Assembly (NCBI GenBank): GCA_016840425.1
Contig: JAEOSI010000029.1
Span: 1 to 15,286 of the forward strand
Length of the DNA stretch: 15,286 nucleotides
Source of the DNA: Candidatus Wukongarchaeum yapensis
Lineage (GTDB): Archaea > Asgardarchaeota > Wukongarchaeia > Wukongarchaeales > Wukongarchaeaceae
Direction of reading: 5' to 3'
The notes beneath the pieces are model-generated. The model made no database searches and was not told the origin of the DNA. It worked only from the letters and a program-made list of their open reading frames with translations. Both the position numbers and the translations under genes were made by a program. Shown one piece after another: positions 7,532 through 15,286 of the stretch. The stretch's first letter is position 1, and each line of letters begins with the position of its first letter.

Positions 7532-7679
7532 TTTTGTCTTAAAAAAACCATTTTTTTGTTTTGATGTTTTTCCTTGTGTTTTTTGCCTCTTTGAGCTATT
7601 TTTTATCCGTTTATTTTTTGTATTTTTCTTGTACTTTTATCTTTGATATTAATTTTGTTTTTTAGGGCTGGTTTGGTTT

Positions 7680-9713
7680 ATGGGTAAAACGACTGAGAAG
7701 CTTGATAGGGGGGCTCAGAATTCTTTTATGGATTTGTTTCCTTATGACCCTTACGGGGAGCAGAGAGTTTTTATGGAAGATTTTAATAATTTGATTTCCG
7801 GGGATTTTAAGGAGGGACTTGTTGGTTTGTTTGAGGCTCCTACGGGGTTCGGTAAGACTGTTGCTATTTTGTCTGCGGGGTTGTGTACGGGGCATAGGAT
7901 TGTTTATTTAAGCAGAACTCACAACCAGATGCGGCAAGTTACGGAAGAGGCTCGAAGAATTAATGCTAAGGGTTTTAACTTTGATTGTGTTGTGAAGGGT
8001 TCGAGGCTTCATCTGTGTTTGGATGAAGGAATAAGGGGTTTGGGGAGTAATCAGTTGGCTGTTGAAGCATGTTTTGCCCATGTTAAGACTGCTATGGGGG
8101 AGGATCTTTTAGATCTTGTTTCGAAGGGCAAAGTTTCCATAGTGGGAGATATTGCAAAGGTGAAGAGCGGGGAGCGACTGATTTGTGATTTGATGGGGGG
8201 TTTGAGAATTGTTGATGTGGCGCCTAAGGATGTTCCCGAGGTAGCGGATGTAGAGACTCTTTTGGAGTATGGGAAAAGGAAGAAGATTTGCCCTTATTTT
8301 CTCGCACGTGCACTTTTTTTAGAGAGGAAGGTTGCTATAGGATCTTATCAATACTTGTTTTTAGGCGAACTTGGAACAAAGGAGGAGATGCTTATTTTGG
8401 ATGAAGCTCATAACATGGAAAATGTTTTAAAAGGTGCGTTATCCCGAACGATAACAAGCCGTATTTTGGAGAGAGCTTTGGAGGAGACTCGTTTGGGGAC
8501 GGGGGTATCCTCTCACAAGTTAGAGGAGAGGCTTTTGAGGTTGCAAAGGTTTTTAGAGGAGGTAAAGCCTGAAGGAGGGAAGAGTTCACAGATATATGAT
8601 AAGCGTGCAATGCTTGAGATTTTTGGAGATTTTGGGATTACTGAGGGGTTTATGGTAGAATTTGTGGGTTCTTGGCTGGAAATTGTTGATTTACATGCAG
8701 ATATAATGAAGGCTCAGGGGAGAGTGTTTCCCCTAGAACATTTAAGAATTAACACGGTTCATAGTTTTTTAGAATCATTTTTGGAAGATCCTCCGGAAAA
8801 ATATGTGGCATGCATTGAAGTTGAAGAGGGTAGAAAAAAGCTTTCGTGGATTTGTTTAGAACCTTCAATCGGTTTTAATCTGATTTTGGAACAAAAACCA
8901 CATTGTACTCTTTTAACAAGCGGCACCCTTTCCCCTTTAGAAGGCACTGCTAAAAGACTTGGTATAGGAGAAGAAAGCGTGCTTAAATCCTATGACACCA
9001 TAATTAGGGAGGAAAATGTCCAAGTTATAGCCTTAAAGAGAGGGCCGAATGATGTTGAACTTACTACGAAATATGATAGAAGATATGAGCCGGAGATCGT
9101 GAGAGAGTATGGAGAAACGATTTTAGAAATATCGTTGAGGGTGCCTAATGGAGTTTTGGTTTTTACGCCTTCTTACAGATATCAGGAACATCTCCTCAAA
9201 ATATGGAGACAAGAGGGCATATTCCAGAAAATAGATAAAAACTCTACAGTGTTTATAGAAAGAGGGTTAACGAAAAAAGTTCTTTTAGAGACTTATAAAA
9301 AAATTGCTAAAAAAGATAAAGCGATCCTTTTCGCAGTATGTAGGGGAACTTTAAGCGAGGGGGCAGATTTCCCTGATGAGGCAGCAAGGGCTGTTATCAT
9401 GGTAGGAGTGCCTTATGCTTCCCTTATTGATCCGAAAATTACGGCGCAAAGAGAGTACTATGAAAGGAAGGAGAAGCGTATGGGGAGCCAGTGGTATTCT
9501 GATGACGCGATACAAACTGTTAATCAATCCCTTGGAAGGGCATGGCGTCATAAAGATGATTATGCCATGGGTTTCCTTTTAGACAGCAGGTATTATTGGC
9601 CCTCAAATAGAAATAGGATCACCGAGTGGATAAAGAGGAGGCTGCTTTACGTATCAAAAAACATGCCATTTTCTACGATTTTACGCGTGGTAGAAACCTT
9701 TTTTGAGAGATAG
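7680..9713 (+). CDS. XPD/Rad3/DinG-family 5'-3' Fe-S DNA helicase (SF2)
   Basis: Motif I APTGFGKT, SRTHNQ, four candidate Fe-S cysteines (HLC, EAC, LIC, CPYF), motif II DEAHN, TSGTL, SEGADF and QSLGRAWRH. Confidence 0.93.
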   Translation: MGKTTEKLDRGAQNSFMDLFPYDPYGEQRVFMEDFNNLISGDFKEGLVGLFEAPTGFGKTVAILSAGLCTGHRIVYLSRTHNQMRQVTEEARRINAKGFNFDCVVKGSRLHLCLDEGIRGLGSNQLAVEACFAHVKTAMGEDLLDLVSKGKVSIVGDIAKVKSGERLICDLMGGLRIVDVAPKDVPEVADVETLLEYGKRKKICPYFLARALFLERKVAIGSYQYLFLGELGTKEEMLILDEAHNMENVLKGALSRTITSRILERALEETRLGTGVSSHKLEERLLRLQRFLEEVKPEGGKSSQIYDKRAMLEIFGDFGITEGFMVEFVGSWLEIVDLHADIMKAQGRVFPLEHLRINTVHSFLESFLEDPPEKYVACIEVEEGRKKLSWICLEPSIGFNLILEQKPHCTLLTSGTLSPLEGTAKRLGIGEESVLKSYDTIIREENVQVIALKRGPNDVELTTKYDRRYEPEIVREYGETILEISLRVPNGVLVFTPSYRYQEHLLKIWRQEGIFQKIDKNSTVFIERGLTKKVLLETYKKIAKKDKAILFAVCRGTLSEGADFPDEAARAVIMVGVPYASLIDPKITAQREYYERKEKRMGSQWYSDDAIQTVNQSLGRAWRHKDDYAMGFLLDSRYYWPSNRNRITEWIKRRLLYVSKNMPFSTILRVVETFFER

Positions 9714-9795
9714 TTTCTGTTTTGTTTGGACAGAAATTAAAGCAAATTTATTGAAAGATAGTCTTGGTTATTTTATGAGAGAGGTTAATTGCGTT

Positions 9796-10860
9796 TTATT
9801 GAGAAGCCAGCTCTTTTATGGTTAGATATGCAAGTTTTACCGTGTTTTCGATGTCACTAAGGTCGGCAACTTGGGAGGGAGAATGAGAATACCGCACCGG
9901 AGGGCAGATAGCGCAAACGGCATAACCTTCATGTACAAGTTGTATGGCCATGGCGTCTGTCGTTCCGTGCATGACACCGACTTGATAGGGAACTTTGTGT
10001 TTTTCTGCTGTTTCTATTATCAGGTTTCGTAGCCAAGGTGTTGCAATCATTCGTGTGTCTGTCACCCTAACAACTGGGCCTTTGCCGAGACTGGCTTGGG
10101 CATCTTGTTTTTTAACACCTGGAAAATCGCCTATACTTGTAGTGTCGATGACTATGGCAGTTTTTGTTTTGTGCTTTGTTGCGGCTATTCTTCCGGCGAC
10201 GGTTGCCCCTTTTAGGCCTATTTCCTCTTGTACTGTAAATGCGCCTATTATAGTGCTATCTTTCCAATTATTTTCGGCTAGAGTTTGGAGGAGGTGGATT
10301 AAAACTGTGCATCCAATACGGTTGTCGAAACATCTTCCCATTATACGGTTTGGGCTGGCTAATTTTTCAATTCCTCGGTCTATTATGATTTGGTTAAATT
10401 TCTTGACGCCGATTTTTTCTGCTTCTTCTTTAGAGTTTGCGCCTATGTCGATCCATAATTCGCTTATTTTGGGCTCTTTTTCAGTGCTTCCTTTTTTGAG
10501 GTGGGGGGGTATAGTTCCAACAGAGCCTAGAATCGTTTTTTTGTCTTTTGTTATTATTTTAACCCATTGTCCTGGGAAAATTTTTGCTTCCACGCCTCCT
10601 TGTGGGGTGAAATAGATCATCCCATTTTCGTCGATATATTTTACTGCTCCTCCTACTTCATCTACGTGGGCAGTTAAAAGTACTGGTTCAGATTTATCAG
10701 ATCCTTCACGGATACAGTAAAAGTTCCCTATATTGTCAAGAAACCATTTATCAGCAAGGCTTCTTTCTTTTATTATATTTTTTATTGTGTTCATTATTTC
10801 TTCTTCAAAACCTGAAACTCCTGGAATCTCTATAAGAGTTTTTAAATCTTCATAAATCAT
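9796..10860 (-). CDS. M42-family (TET-like) metallo-aminopeptidase
   Basis: Motifs GVSGFEE, AHVDE, FDNR.G, QEEIGLKGA, IDTT, GTTDA and RYSHSP, covering the M42 metal ligands H, D, E, D, H. Confidence 0.93.
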   Translation of the reverse strand: MIYEDLKTLIEIPGVSGFEEEIMNTIKNIIKERSLADKWFLDNIGNFYCIREGSDKSEPVLLTAHVDEVGGAVKYIDENGMIYFTPQGGVEAKIFPGQWVKIITKDKKTILGSVGTIPPHLKKGSTEKEPKISELWIDIGANSKEEAEKIGVKKFNQIIIDRGIEKLASPNRIMGRCFDNRIGCTVLIHLLQTLAENNWKDSTIIGAFTVQEEIGLKGATVAGRIAATKHKTKTAIVIDTTSIGDFPGVKKQDAQASLGKGPVVRVTDTRMIATPWLRNLIIETAEKHKVPYQVGVMHGTTDAMAIQLVHEGYAVCAICPPVRYSHSPSQVADLSDIENTVKLAYLTIKELASQ

Positions 10861-10967
10861 TCAATTTCCTCCTTTCATTTTAAAAGACAGTGATTTTATT
10901 AAAAGTTGTAAAAAAGGAAAGTTAACTTTTTGGATTATAAAAATCAAATAGGGGTGATTTTTTGATG

Positions 10968-10983
10968 CACGGCTCTGTAGAAA
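10968..10983 (+). repeat. Solo IS terminal-repeat-like sequence CACGGCTCTGTAGAAA
   Basis: Identical 16-mer at 13805-13820, where it precedes a transposase remnant. GGCTCTGT resembles IS5/IS6-type terminal repeats. No transposase sequence follows this copy. Confidence 0.7.
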
Positions 10984-11044
10984 ACCTTCAGATTGTTATA
11001 TAAATTTTATTTTTTTTAATAAGATCAGAAAAATAATGAAAAAC

Positions 11045-12172
11045 CTACGCAGTATTGAGCCCTATTTGATGTCTTTGAGCTATTCTATATCCTGTTATTA
11101 TTCTCTGATATCCACTTAATTTTTTATCTAATTCTTCATCACCAGTATCTACTAAAAGGATTGGCGTTTTTGACAATTTATACGGTGTTGCTAAAATAAT
11201 TATGTTGTCAATACCGACTTTTTTTATAACTTGGTGACTGATCTGTTGGTTTCCTCTCCCGAATATAAATCCTTGTGCACCTATTGGGCTTATAAGAATT
11301 TTTGCTTTTTTTTCTTTTTCTAAAACATCTAAAATTTCTTTTTCATTGACATCGGCCATTATTAGTTTTCTATTCTTGACGAGATCTACTCCTAAAAGAG
11401 TTTTTTTAATCTTAAGTTTGCTAGCAATAGCTTCAATCGTAGTTCCTGCACCAAGGATATACAAAGAATCATCATTCATAAATTCATACGCAAATTGTGC
11501 AATATTTTCTTTTGATTCGCTATCAGACTCATTATAAAATATAGATTTACCAGCTTGTACTAAAGTTGGGACATAGGGTGTTTTTGCATACCCGTAAATT
11601 TTTGTTTGTAATCTTCCTTTTCGGTATAAATTTTCGTCTGTGTCCATTATTTCTGCTTCTTGTGTTTCGGTTTTTCCTTTCAGAAACATCTTTACGATCT
11701 CAGAACTTATTTTAGGAGTGATTCCAAAAACAGCAGAATGCATTTTTACGCCGGCAGGTATTCCTAAAATAGGTATCTCTTCTCTAACGACAGTAAAGAT
11801 ATCTCTAGCAGTACCGTCTCCACCACAAAATAGAATGAAATCCACCTTGAATTCCAAAAATAAATTACAAACCTTTTTTGTATCTTCTGCAGTAGAATAA
11901 TTGGGACCTTCCAGGTGATATAAAACGGTATATTTTTTGTACCCTACTTCTTTTATGATATTTTCGCCCATAACCCCAGAACACGTCAATAAAGTAAAAT
12001 CGTGTCGGTATTCATATAATTTCTGTAATGTAACTTTTGCTTTACGAGGTGAAAGAGGTATCGCGCCTCTTTTAATAGCCTCTTCTAAATATGACTTACC
12101 ATCAGTCCCTTTTAGCCCTACAGCGCCACCCATGCCGGCTATCGGGTTAACTAGAAACCCTATTTTATACAT
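11045..12172 (-). CDS. ATP-NAD kinase-family protein (COG3199/AcoX-like)
   Basis: MYKIGFLVNPIAGMGG...LKGTDG, GGDGTARD, GIPAGVKMHS.VF and GAQGFIFGRGNQQ. The real start is ATG 12172; the track's extra 8 codons lie inside the mobile-element end. Confidence 0.88.
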   Translation of the reverse strand: MYKIGFLVNPIAGMGGAVGLKGTDGKSYLEEAIKRGAIPLSPRKAKVTLQKLYEYRHDFTLLTCSGVMGENIIKEVGYKKYTVLYHLEGPNYSTAEDTKKVCNLFLEFKVDFILFCGGDGTARDIFTVVREEIPILGIPAGVKMHSAVFGITPKISSEIVKMFLKGKTETQEAEIMDTDENLYRKGRLQTKIYGYAKTPYVPTLVQAGKSIFYNESDSESKENIAQFAYEFMNDDSLYILGAGTTIEAIASKLKIKKTLLGVDLVKNRKLIMADVNEKEILDVLEKEKKAKILISPIGAQGFIFGRGNQQISHQVIKKVGIDNIIILATPYKLSKTPILLVDTGDEELDKKLSGYQRIITGYRIAQRHQIGLNTA

Positions 12173-12174
12173 GT

Positions 12175-12352
12175 ATGAACTACTCCCAGCCATCACAGGG
12201 AGCTTCCTGGTTCAACGACTGGATTATTATTTATCCATCTCCGCAGGCGTAAATTCGGATAGTCCCTACCCTACGCTTTTATATTGTTATTCGTATGACT
12301 ATAAATAGTTTATTATTGTTCAGCTTTAATCTCCCAGCTTTCGTGAGGGAGA
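12175..12352 (-). mobile_element. Non-autonomous IS200/IS605 remnant (TnpB 3' tail, omegaRNA-like scaffold, right end)
   Basis: Minus strand 12269-12231 encodes VGTIRIYACGDG*, like the TnpB C-terminal TVGTTGINACGD-type motif. It is followed by GTCGTTGAACCAGGAAG-CTCCC(N10)GGGAG-TAGTTCAT, a hairpin-plus-tail arrangement typical of IS605 right ends. A related hairpin TCTCCC(N11)GGGAGA lies at 12352-12330. No tnpA or tnpB ORF is present. Confidence 0.75.
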
Positions 12353-12396
12353 CCTCCCCGCCGAAAAAAGTTTAAAAAATAGAAAAAAATGGGTTT

Positions 12397-13755
12397 TTAG
12401 ATTTTTGGTAATTTTTCCAGGGATTGTTTGACGAGATCAATAGGATACTCGTAATCTACGAGTTTACCGTTGTGGTATGCATCGTATGCTGCCAGATCAA
12501 AATGTCCATGTCCGCTGTTCGCAAAGAAGATTATTTTTTCCTCGCCTGTTTCTTTGCATCTCCTTGCTTCATCTATCGCTGCCTTCACACAGTGTGCGGT
12601 CTCAGGCGCTACGACAAAACCTTCTGTTTGTGCAAATAGAGTCGCGGCTTCAAACACTGGGTTCTGATGATATGCAACCGCACCCATATAGCCCTCGTAT
12701 GTAAGCTTACATAATAGCGGAGCGTCGCCATGATAACGCAATCCACCTGCATGTATAGGTGGTGGAACGAAATCATGTCCAAGTGTATACATTAGAGCAA
12801 TCGGCTGCAACATTGCGGTATCACCGTAATCGTATGCATAAATTCCTTTTGTCAGCGTTGGACATGCCGTCGGTTCACATGATATCACTTGCAGATCGGG
12901 GTTCTCACCCTTCAGCTTATCTCCTACAAAAGGAAAACACTGCCCCGCAAAGTTACTGCCCCCACCAACGCATCCAAACATATAATCTGGATAAACATCG
13001 ATTTGCTCAAACTGCTTCTTCAACTCTAAACCTTCAACCGTCTGATGGAGCAAAACATGGTTAAGAACACTTCCAAGCGAATATTTCGTGCCTTCATGCG
13101 TTACTGCATCCTCGGTTGCCTCACTTATCGCTATGCCTAAGCTTCCAGTACACTCTGGGTCTTTCTCTAATATCTTTTTCCCTACGTTTGTTCGCTTTGT
13201 TGGGCTGGGAAATACTTCTGCACCCCATATCTCCATAAGAATTCGCCTGTAAGGTTTCTGTTCATAACTTATCTTTACCATATATATGGTGCAATCTAAG
13301 TCAAAGAGACATGTGCCAAAAGCTAAAGCACTTCCCCACTGACCCGCTCCTGTTTCTGTTGCGAGCCTCTCCACACCCTCTTTCATGTTGTAATACGCTT
13401 GTGCAACGGCAGTGTTTGGCTTGTGACTTCCCGGAGGGCTAACCCCTTCCCATTTGTAATATATCTTCGCTGGCGTATTCAATTTCTCCTCCAATCGCTT
13501 TGCCCTATACAACGGCGTGGGTCTCCAAAGCCTGTAAACATCTCTAACTTCTTCCGGTATAGGAATCCATCTTTCTGTACTCATTTCCTGTTTTATCAAT
13601 TCCATCGGAAAGACCGGCGCCATATCCTCCGCCTTCACCGGCTCTTTTGTTGCCGGATGTAGGTATGGTTTCGGAGGTGTAGGTAGGTCTGCCTGGATAT
13701 TATACCATTGCTTAGGTATTTCATTCTCATCTAGTAAAATCTTTATTTGTTCCAT
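12397..13755 (-). CDS. trpB2: TrpB-like PLP enzyme (tryptophan synthase beta chain, type 2), intact, 452 aa
   Basis: Motifs [23 protein letters not shown] (PLP lysine), [33 protein letters not shown] and SGHG.FD. Confidence 0.95.
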   Translation of the reverse strand: MEQIKILLDENEIPKQWYNIQADLPTPPKPYLHPATKEPVKAEDMAPVFPMELIKQEMSTERWIPIPEEVRDVYRLWRPTPLYRAKRLEEKLNTPAKIYYKWEGVSPPGSHKPNTAVAQAYYNMKEGVERLATETGAGQWGSALAFGTCLFDLDCTIYMVKISYEQKPYRRILMEIWGAEVFPSPTKRTNVGKKILEKDPECTGSLGIAISEATEDAVTHEGTKYSLGSVLNHVLLHQTVEGLELKKQFEQIDVYPDYMFGCVGGGSNFAGQCFPFVGDKLKGENPDLQVISCEPTACPTLTKGIYAYDYGDTAMLQPIALMYTLGHDFVPPPIHAGGLRYHGDAPLLCKLTYEGYMGAVAYHQNPVFEAATLFAQTEGFVVAPETAHCVKAAIDEARRCKETGEEKIIFFANSGHGHFDLAAYDAYHNGKLVDYEYPIDLVKQSLEKLPKI

Positions 13756-13804
13756 TTTAATTCCTCTTTCAATATTGTTTGGTTATTGCTTGTTTTTTAT
13801 TGTA

Positions 13805-14268
13805 CACGGCTCTGTAGAAACCGTATGATTTATACCGCGTTCCTTCTACTTTGGTAGTTTAAAGTTACTCAAAGAGCGGAACATTCTATAGTTTGTGGGG
13901 ATTCTCGTTTTATAAAGATTGCTAAGGCTCTTTCCAAGGTTTTTCTTAGGGGACTCGCCTCTTCACCAGAGCAGGCTTTCTAACCAGTTGTACACGGTTT
14001 GGTATCACCGTGTTATCCTTGTTTTAAAGTAGTTGGAGGAGAAGAGTCACAGGATATTGTTGAGCGTTTACAGGGCTTGACAGGGTGATGAAGTTCCTAG
14101 GCCTCCATCAACTACCCCACTTCACCACGTTGCAGAAGTTCGATCGGAGGATCAAGACTACCGTGCTTAAACGGGTTTTTTTCAGGTTTCATCCGCACCA
14201 CTGCGATCCGGATGAAGAAGCTTGTTTTAGGTATTGATTACACGGGGTTTAAGCTCACTAATGCGAGT
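13805..14268 (+). mobile_element. Truncated IS (IS5-like DDE transposase pseudogene) with left terminal repeat
   Basis: Terminal repeat at 13805-13820. Broken frames read RFIKIAKALSK / PLHQSRLSNQLYTVWYHRVILVLK*LEEKSHR / [19 protein letters not shown] (PHFTTLQKF at 14115-14141) / [15 protein letters not shown] (first catalytic Asp at 14236-14238). Stops and frameshifts are present; the 3' half and right end are missing. Confidence 0.78.
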
Positions 14269-14730
14269 AACAAAGGGCTTTATGTGTATAATTCTGGGGA
14301 TACCGCTAAGCTTACTCCACTCGCTAAAAGGTATACTTTAGGCCATACTTTTGTTCCGAGCGACATTCATGCAAGGGGTCTTAGATATCACAGAAGTGCT
14401 TCAATTCTTTGTCTGCTTGTTAAGGAGAGAGTAATGAATGCTGTTTATTATAAGCAAAACCCGCTGTTTGAAGCAGCGAAGATGTTTGCAAGGTATGAAG
14501 GAATAATTCCTGCTCCTGAAACAAACCATACTGTGAGGGCAGCTATTGATTAGGCTTTGAAGAGTAAAGAAACTAGTGAAAAAAAGGTCATACTTTTCAA
14601 TTGCAGTGGACACGGACTGTTGGATCTTAAAGGGTTTGAAGAGTACCTTGAAGGAAAACTAACGGACTTTGAATTGCCAGAAAAAGAGATTGAAAGAACA
14701 AAGAAAGACATACCAAAAATGGGACAGTAA
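14269..14730 (+). pseudogene. trpB2: 3' fragment of a second, diverged trpB2
   Basis: Reads [12 protein letters not shown]...[11 protein letters not shown]...[21 protein letters not shown]...NCSGHGLLDL...KMGQ*. Internal TAG at 14551-14553 where the intact copy has Glu; conserved glycines altered; the N-terminal part including the PLP lysine is absent. Confidence 0.9.
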
Positions 14731-14973
14731 AAGCGATAAAAGAATTCTATCAACCTATTTTTTATTTTTTTCTCAATTTTTATCAATTAAGTTGATTTTT
14801 AAGAGCCATTCTTAACGGAAATAGAATTTGGTCAAAAATATATCATGGGATAGGAGTATAAAATTTATTTTACTGATTAAAAGCGAGAAAAATAAATAAT
14901 CTAGTTTGGTATAATATAATAATTAAGATATTATTATACGTTGATTTTTTTAGGATCGGAATGGCTCTTGTAT

Positions 14974-15286
14974 TTGGGGAAAAGTTGCAGAAAGCAGATT
15001 TGGTCAAGCATAGTTTTGTTATTTTTTGTCGTATCTTTACTAGTTGTTAGCCCTTTTCCACTTCTAAAAAGAGGGGGGGAAGGTGTTGAAAAAAATGTGC
15101 CTTGCATTGGAGAAAACACTAATAAAAATTTTTCTGAAACAAGAACAGAGGCAGAATATGATTGGTGGAATAGCAGTTTTACTTATAGGAAAAAAATCGT
15201 TTTAAATGAACCTGATCCTCCTTCGAGTTTAACTCCTTTAACCCCTAATAGAACCCTTGAGCCCGTGGATGTCTTTTTAACTTTTG
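14974..15286 (+). CDS. N-terminus of a secreted or surface protein (runs off window)
   Basis: The frame is open from 14941 to the window end: (M)GKSCRKQIWSSIVLLFFVVSLLVVSPFPLL (signal peptide-like), then DWWNSSFTYRKKIVL, resembling the WW..W.YR..I motif at the start of DUF2341/LamG-type archaeal surface proteins. Start codon is uncertain (TTG 14941, 14968 or 14974). Confidence 0.7.
   Translation, partial: MGKSCRKQIWSSIVLLFFVVSLLVVSPFPLLKRGGEGVEKNVPCIGENTNKNFSETRTEAEYDWWNSSFTYRKKIVLNEPDPPSSLTPLTPNRTLEPVDVFLTF

Noticed and set aside
10939-10962. Inverted repeat AAAAATCA-N8-TGATTTTT upstream of the M42 gene
   Set aside because: Mostly A/T runs in an AT-rich spacer, with no second copy to support an operator.
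12372-12376. TTTAA (minus strand) as the TAM or left-end cleavage site of the IS605 remnant
   Set aside because: The spacing to the hairpin (about 19 nt) is plausible, but the bases 5' of the hairpin (GAGG/AGGT) do not fit the IS608-type guide pairing for TTAA. The left boundary is left undefined.
1743-13662. Remaining antisense or alternative-frame ORFs overlapping assigned genes (e.g. 1743-2300, 6608-7099, 9995-10615, 11937-12308, 12759-13064)
   Set aside because: They are mostly or wholly overlapped by well-supported genes and have no domain-like features.

Overview
Archaeal chromosomal DNA with strong T/G strand bias on + over most of the window; a finer taxonomic call is not supportable from the sequence alone. 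Gene order: 3' end of a CBS-domain gene, alba, an aldo/keto-reductase-like gene (-), panB, fdhD, a small Toprim protein, an FAD-dependent oxidoreductase, a membrane-anchored S8 protease, an XPD/Rad3 Fe-S helicase, an M42 aminopeptidase (-), then a mobile-element-scarred block (NAD-kinase-like gene, intact trpB2, IS remnant, decayed second trpB2) and the start of a secreted protein. Main discovery: alba is interrupted by a 36-nt insert (429-464) carrying an in-frame TAG. The insert folds into a canonical bulge-helix-bulge (BHB) splicing motif, and cutting at the standard endonuclease positions restores the conserved K-P-V-M-N-Y sequence exactly. This is a candidate tRNA-type intron in an mRNA for a major chromatin protein, and the ORF track misses it. 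Second highlight: a TnpB-less IS200/IS605 right end resembling an omegaRNA scaffold, ending 2 nt upstream of the kinase start codon. All family assignments come from motif recognition by eye; no searches or folding programs were run.
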